A stretch of DNA of 24,000 nucleotides from an uncultured Holophagales bacterium (GTDB taxonomy: Bacteria; Acidobacteriota; Thermoanaerobaculia; UBA5066). This document shows, one piece after another, positions 22,881 to 24,000 of this stretch. The notes under the pieces are model-generated. The model was not told the origin of the DNA. It did no database searches and saw nothing but the letters and a program-made list of their open reading frames with translations. The position numbers and the translations under genes are program-made. The stretch's first letter is position 1, and every line of letters starts with the position of its first letter. The DNA is taken from positions 100,248 through 124,247 of the forward strand of contig CAVOJA010000163.1 of NCBI GenBank assembly GCA_963696015.1, written 5' to 3'.

Positions 22881-23683
22881 TCAGCGGTGCAAGTCCTTTG
22901 GCGCGGGCGCCGCGTCCCCGTCGATCACGCCGGGGCTCCATTGAAGGACCGCACGCTCCGTTTTCGCCCGGACCTCCTTCGTCGGGACCGCGGTCTGCGT
23001 GGCGGCGATCACCGGGAAGGAAACGTACTTGAACGGAATGCGCTCGGGCATCACGTCGAGCCAGCGCGACGTCTCGAAGAACGGGACGACGCCGAGGAGC
23101 CCGAGGACGCGGGCGAACCCCGCGTCGCGCGCGACGCCGATCATCGGCGAGACGAGGACGAGGCGGTCGGGACGCGCGAGCCTGGCGTCGTCGACGGCGC
23201 AGTCGGCCGCGAGGGCGCCGCCGTTCGAGTCGCCGACGATGTGGAAGGGCGTACCTCTGCCGGCCCGAGCCCGCACGTGACCTACCCCGACACGGACGGC
23301 CGCCGCCCAGTCGCGCCAGGTCGATTTGGTCAGGGCGACCGGGACGGTCCCGCGGCCCGGCATCCGGAGGGCGAGGGCGTGGTCGCCGAGGTCACGGTCG
23401 ATCGCCGCGAGGGCGCCGCATGCAGTACGGGGCGTAGCTGAGGCCGCGGAAGAGTAAGGACTCCGCCTCGGATCTTCTCGGGAACGAGCTCGAACGTCCG
23501 GTTTCCGTCGATCCAGAGCCTGGACGGGGAGAGCGGCCCGTCGCTCCGGCATCGGTCGGCGGGCTCGCGGTCTTCCGGGCCGAGCGCCGACTCGATCCGC
23601 ATTCTCACTTCTCGGAAGACGTCCTCCGAGCGCGCGAGGTCGTGCCTCAGGGACGAGCTGTCGTCGAGCTCGCTGGCCGGCAT
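22881..23683 (-). pseudogene. Alpha/beta hydrolase (serine hydrolase) with two frameshifts and a missing C-terminal part.
   Basis: Three frames must be joined. (1) ...RLWIDGNRTFELVPEKIRGGV; (2) LLLFRGLSYAPYCMR; (3) ALAAIDRDLGDHALALRMPGRGTVPVALTKSTWRDWAAAV....TPFHIVGDSNGGALAA..LVLVSPMIGV...IPFKYVSFP. This reconstructs the usual GGVLLxHGLxxSPYxMR...PGHGT.P..L....W.DW...G.S.G pattern. The shifts fall at about 23455-23462 and 23410-23420. The HGL and PGHG His residues are both Arg. The ORF stops about 110 aa after the nucleophile Ser, before the expected Asp/His. Confidence 0.55.
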
Positions 23684-23753
23684 CTCCGAGGCGGGCGCGA
23701 CGGTGTGCCGGGTTTGAGCGGGCCCGGACAGTACGGGTATCCTCCTCGGTTTG

Positions 23754-24000
23754 GTGCGGAGGCGATCCTCGTTCCGTTTGCTCCTGATCGCAGGCCTCCT
23801 GGTGGCCCTGTCGGGCTGTGCCACGGCGCTTCGACTCCGCTACCGGCCGGCCCTGACCTCGCCGACGGCAGACCCTCTCGCCGCTTTCACACTCGCCTCC
23901 GGGAACGAGCCGGTCGGGGGCAACACCGTCCAGGTGCTCGAGAACGGGGACGGGACGTTCCCGGCGATGCTCGCAGAGATCGCCTCGGCGCAATCGAGCG
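23754..24000 (+). CDS. Phospholipase D / cardiolipin synthase-like lipoprotein, 5' end only (runs off the window).
   Basis: The frame is open from GTG 23754 to the window end. MRRRSSFRLLLIAGLLVALSGC is a lipoprotein signal with lipobox LSGC. GNTVQVLENGDGTFPAMLAEIASAQSS matches the N-terminal pattern of PLD-type cardiolipin synthases (N.V.LL.NG.E.F.AML.AI..A..SI). It is not in the ORF track because it has no stop within the window. Confidence 0.55.
   Translation, partial: MRRRSSFRLLLIAGLLVALSGCATALRLRYRPALTSPTADPLAAFTLASGNEPVGGNTVQVLENGDGTFPAMLAEIASAQSS

Noticed and set aside
1-24000. CRISPR arrays, rRNA genes, integrons, toxin-antitoxin pairs or known defence-system genes.
   Set aside because: I saw no regularly spaced direct repeats and no rRNA-like conserved blocks. 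None of the credible proteins resembles a Cas, restriction, Abi, retron RT or TA component.

Overview
High-GC (about 70%) bacterial chromosomal window. The phylum cannot be assigned from the sequence alone, and I saw no rRNA, tRNA or CRISPR array. All family calls come from motifs I recognised by eye in the translations; no database search was run.

Genes that look intact:
- A large DDE transposase inside an IS bounded by a 10-bp inverted repeat. The IS splits a class-V aminotransferase (cysteine desulfurase-like) gene.
- Two adjacent B12-binding (class B) radical SAM genes.
- A minus-strand, tightly coupled operon lying tail-to-tail with them: AOR-family aldehyde:ferredoxin oxidoreductase, SCP2, Fe-alcohol dehydrogenase, SCP2. 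A MoaD/ThiS-like gene is transcribed divergently from it.
- A NifS-like cysteine desulfurase fused to selenophosphate synthetase (SelD).
- Two translationally coupled secreted PKD-domain proteins, followed by a strong intrinsic terminator.
- The 5' end of a PLD/cardiolipin-synthase-like lipoprotein gene.

Between these lie at least nine decayed genes with frameshifts, internal deletions or truncations: the IS-split aminotransferase, a 2H-phosphoesterase-like gene, an M29-like aminopeptidase fragment, an ISL3 transposase relic, a GGDEF sensor fragment, an esterase, a family-5 solute-binding protein, a methyltransferase and an alpha/beta hydrolase.

Most of the very long ORFs in the six-frame track (1175, 868, 707, 635, 577, 554 and 538 aa) are antisense or out-of-frame shadow ORFs typical of high-GC DNA.

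The best candidate for an undescribed system is the AOR-SCP2-ADH-SCP2 operon together with the paired class-B radical SAM genes and the MoaD-like gene. I propose it handles hydrophobic acids, aldehydes and alcohols, possibly in lipid tailoring. This is a hypothesis, not a demonstrated function.
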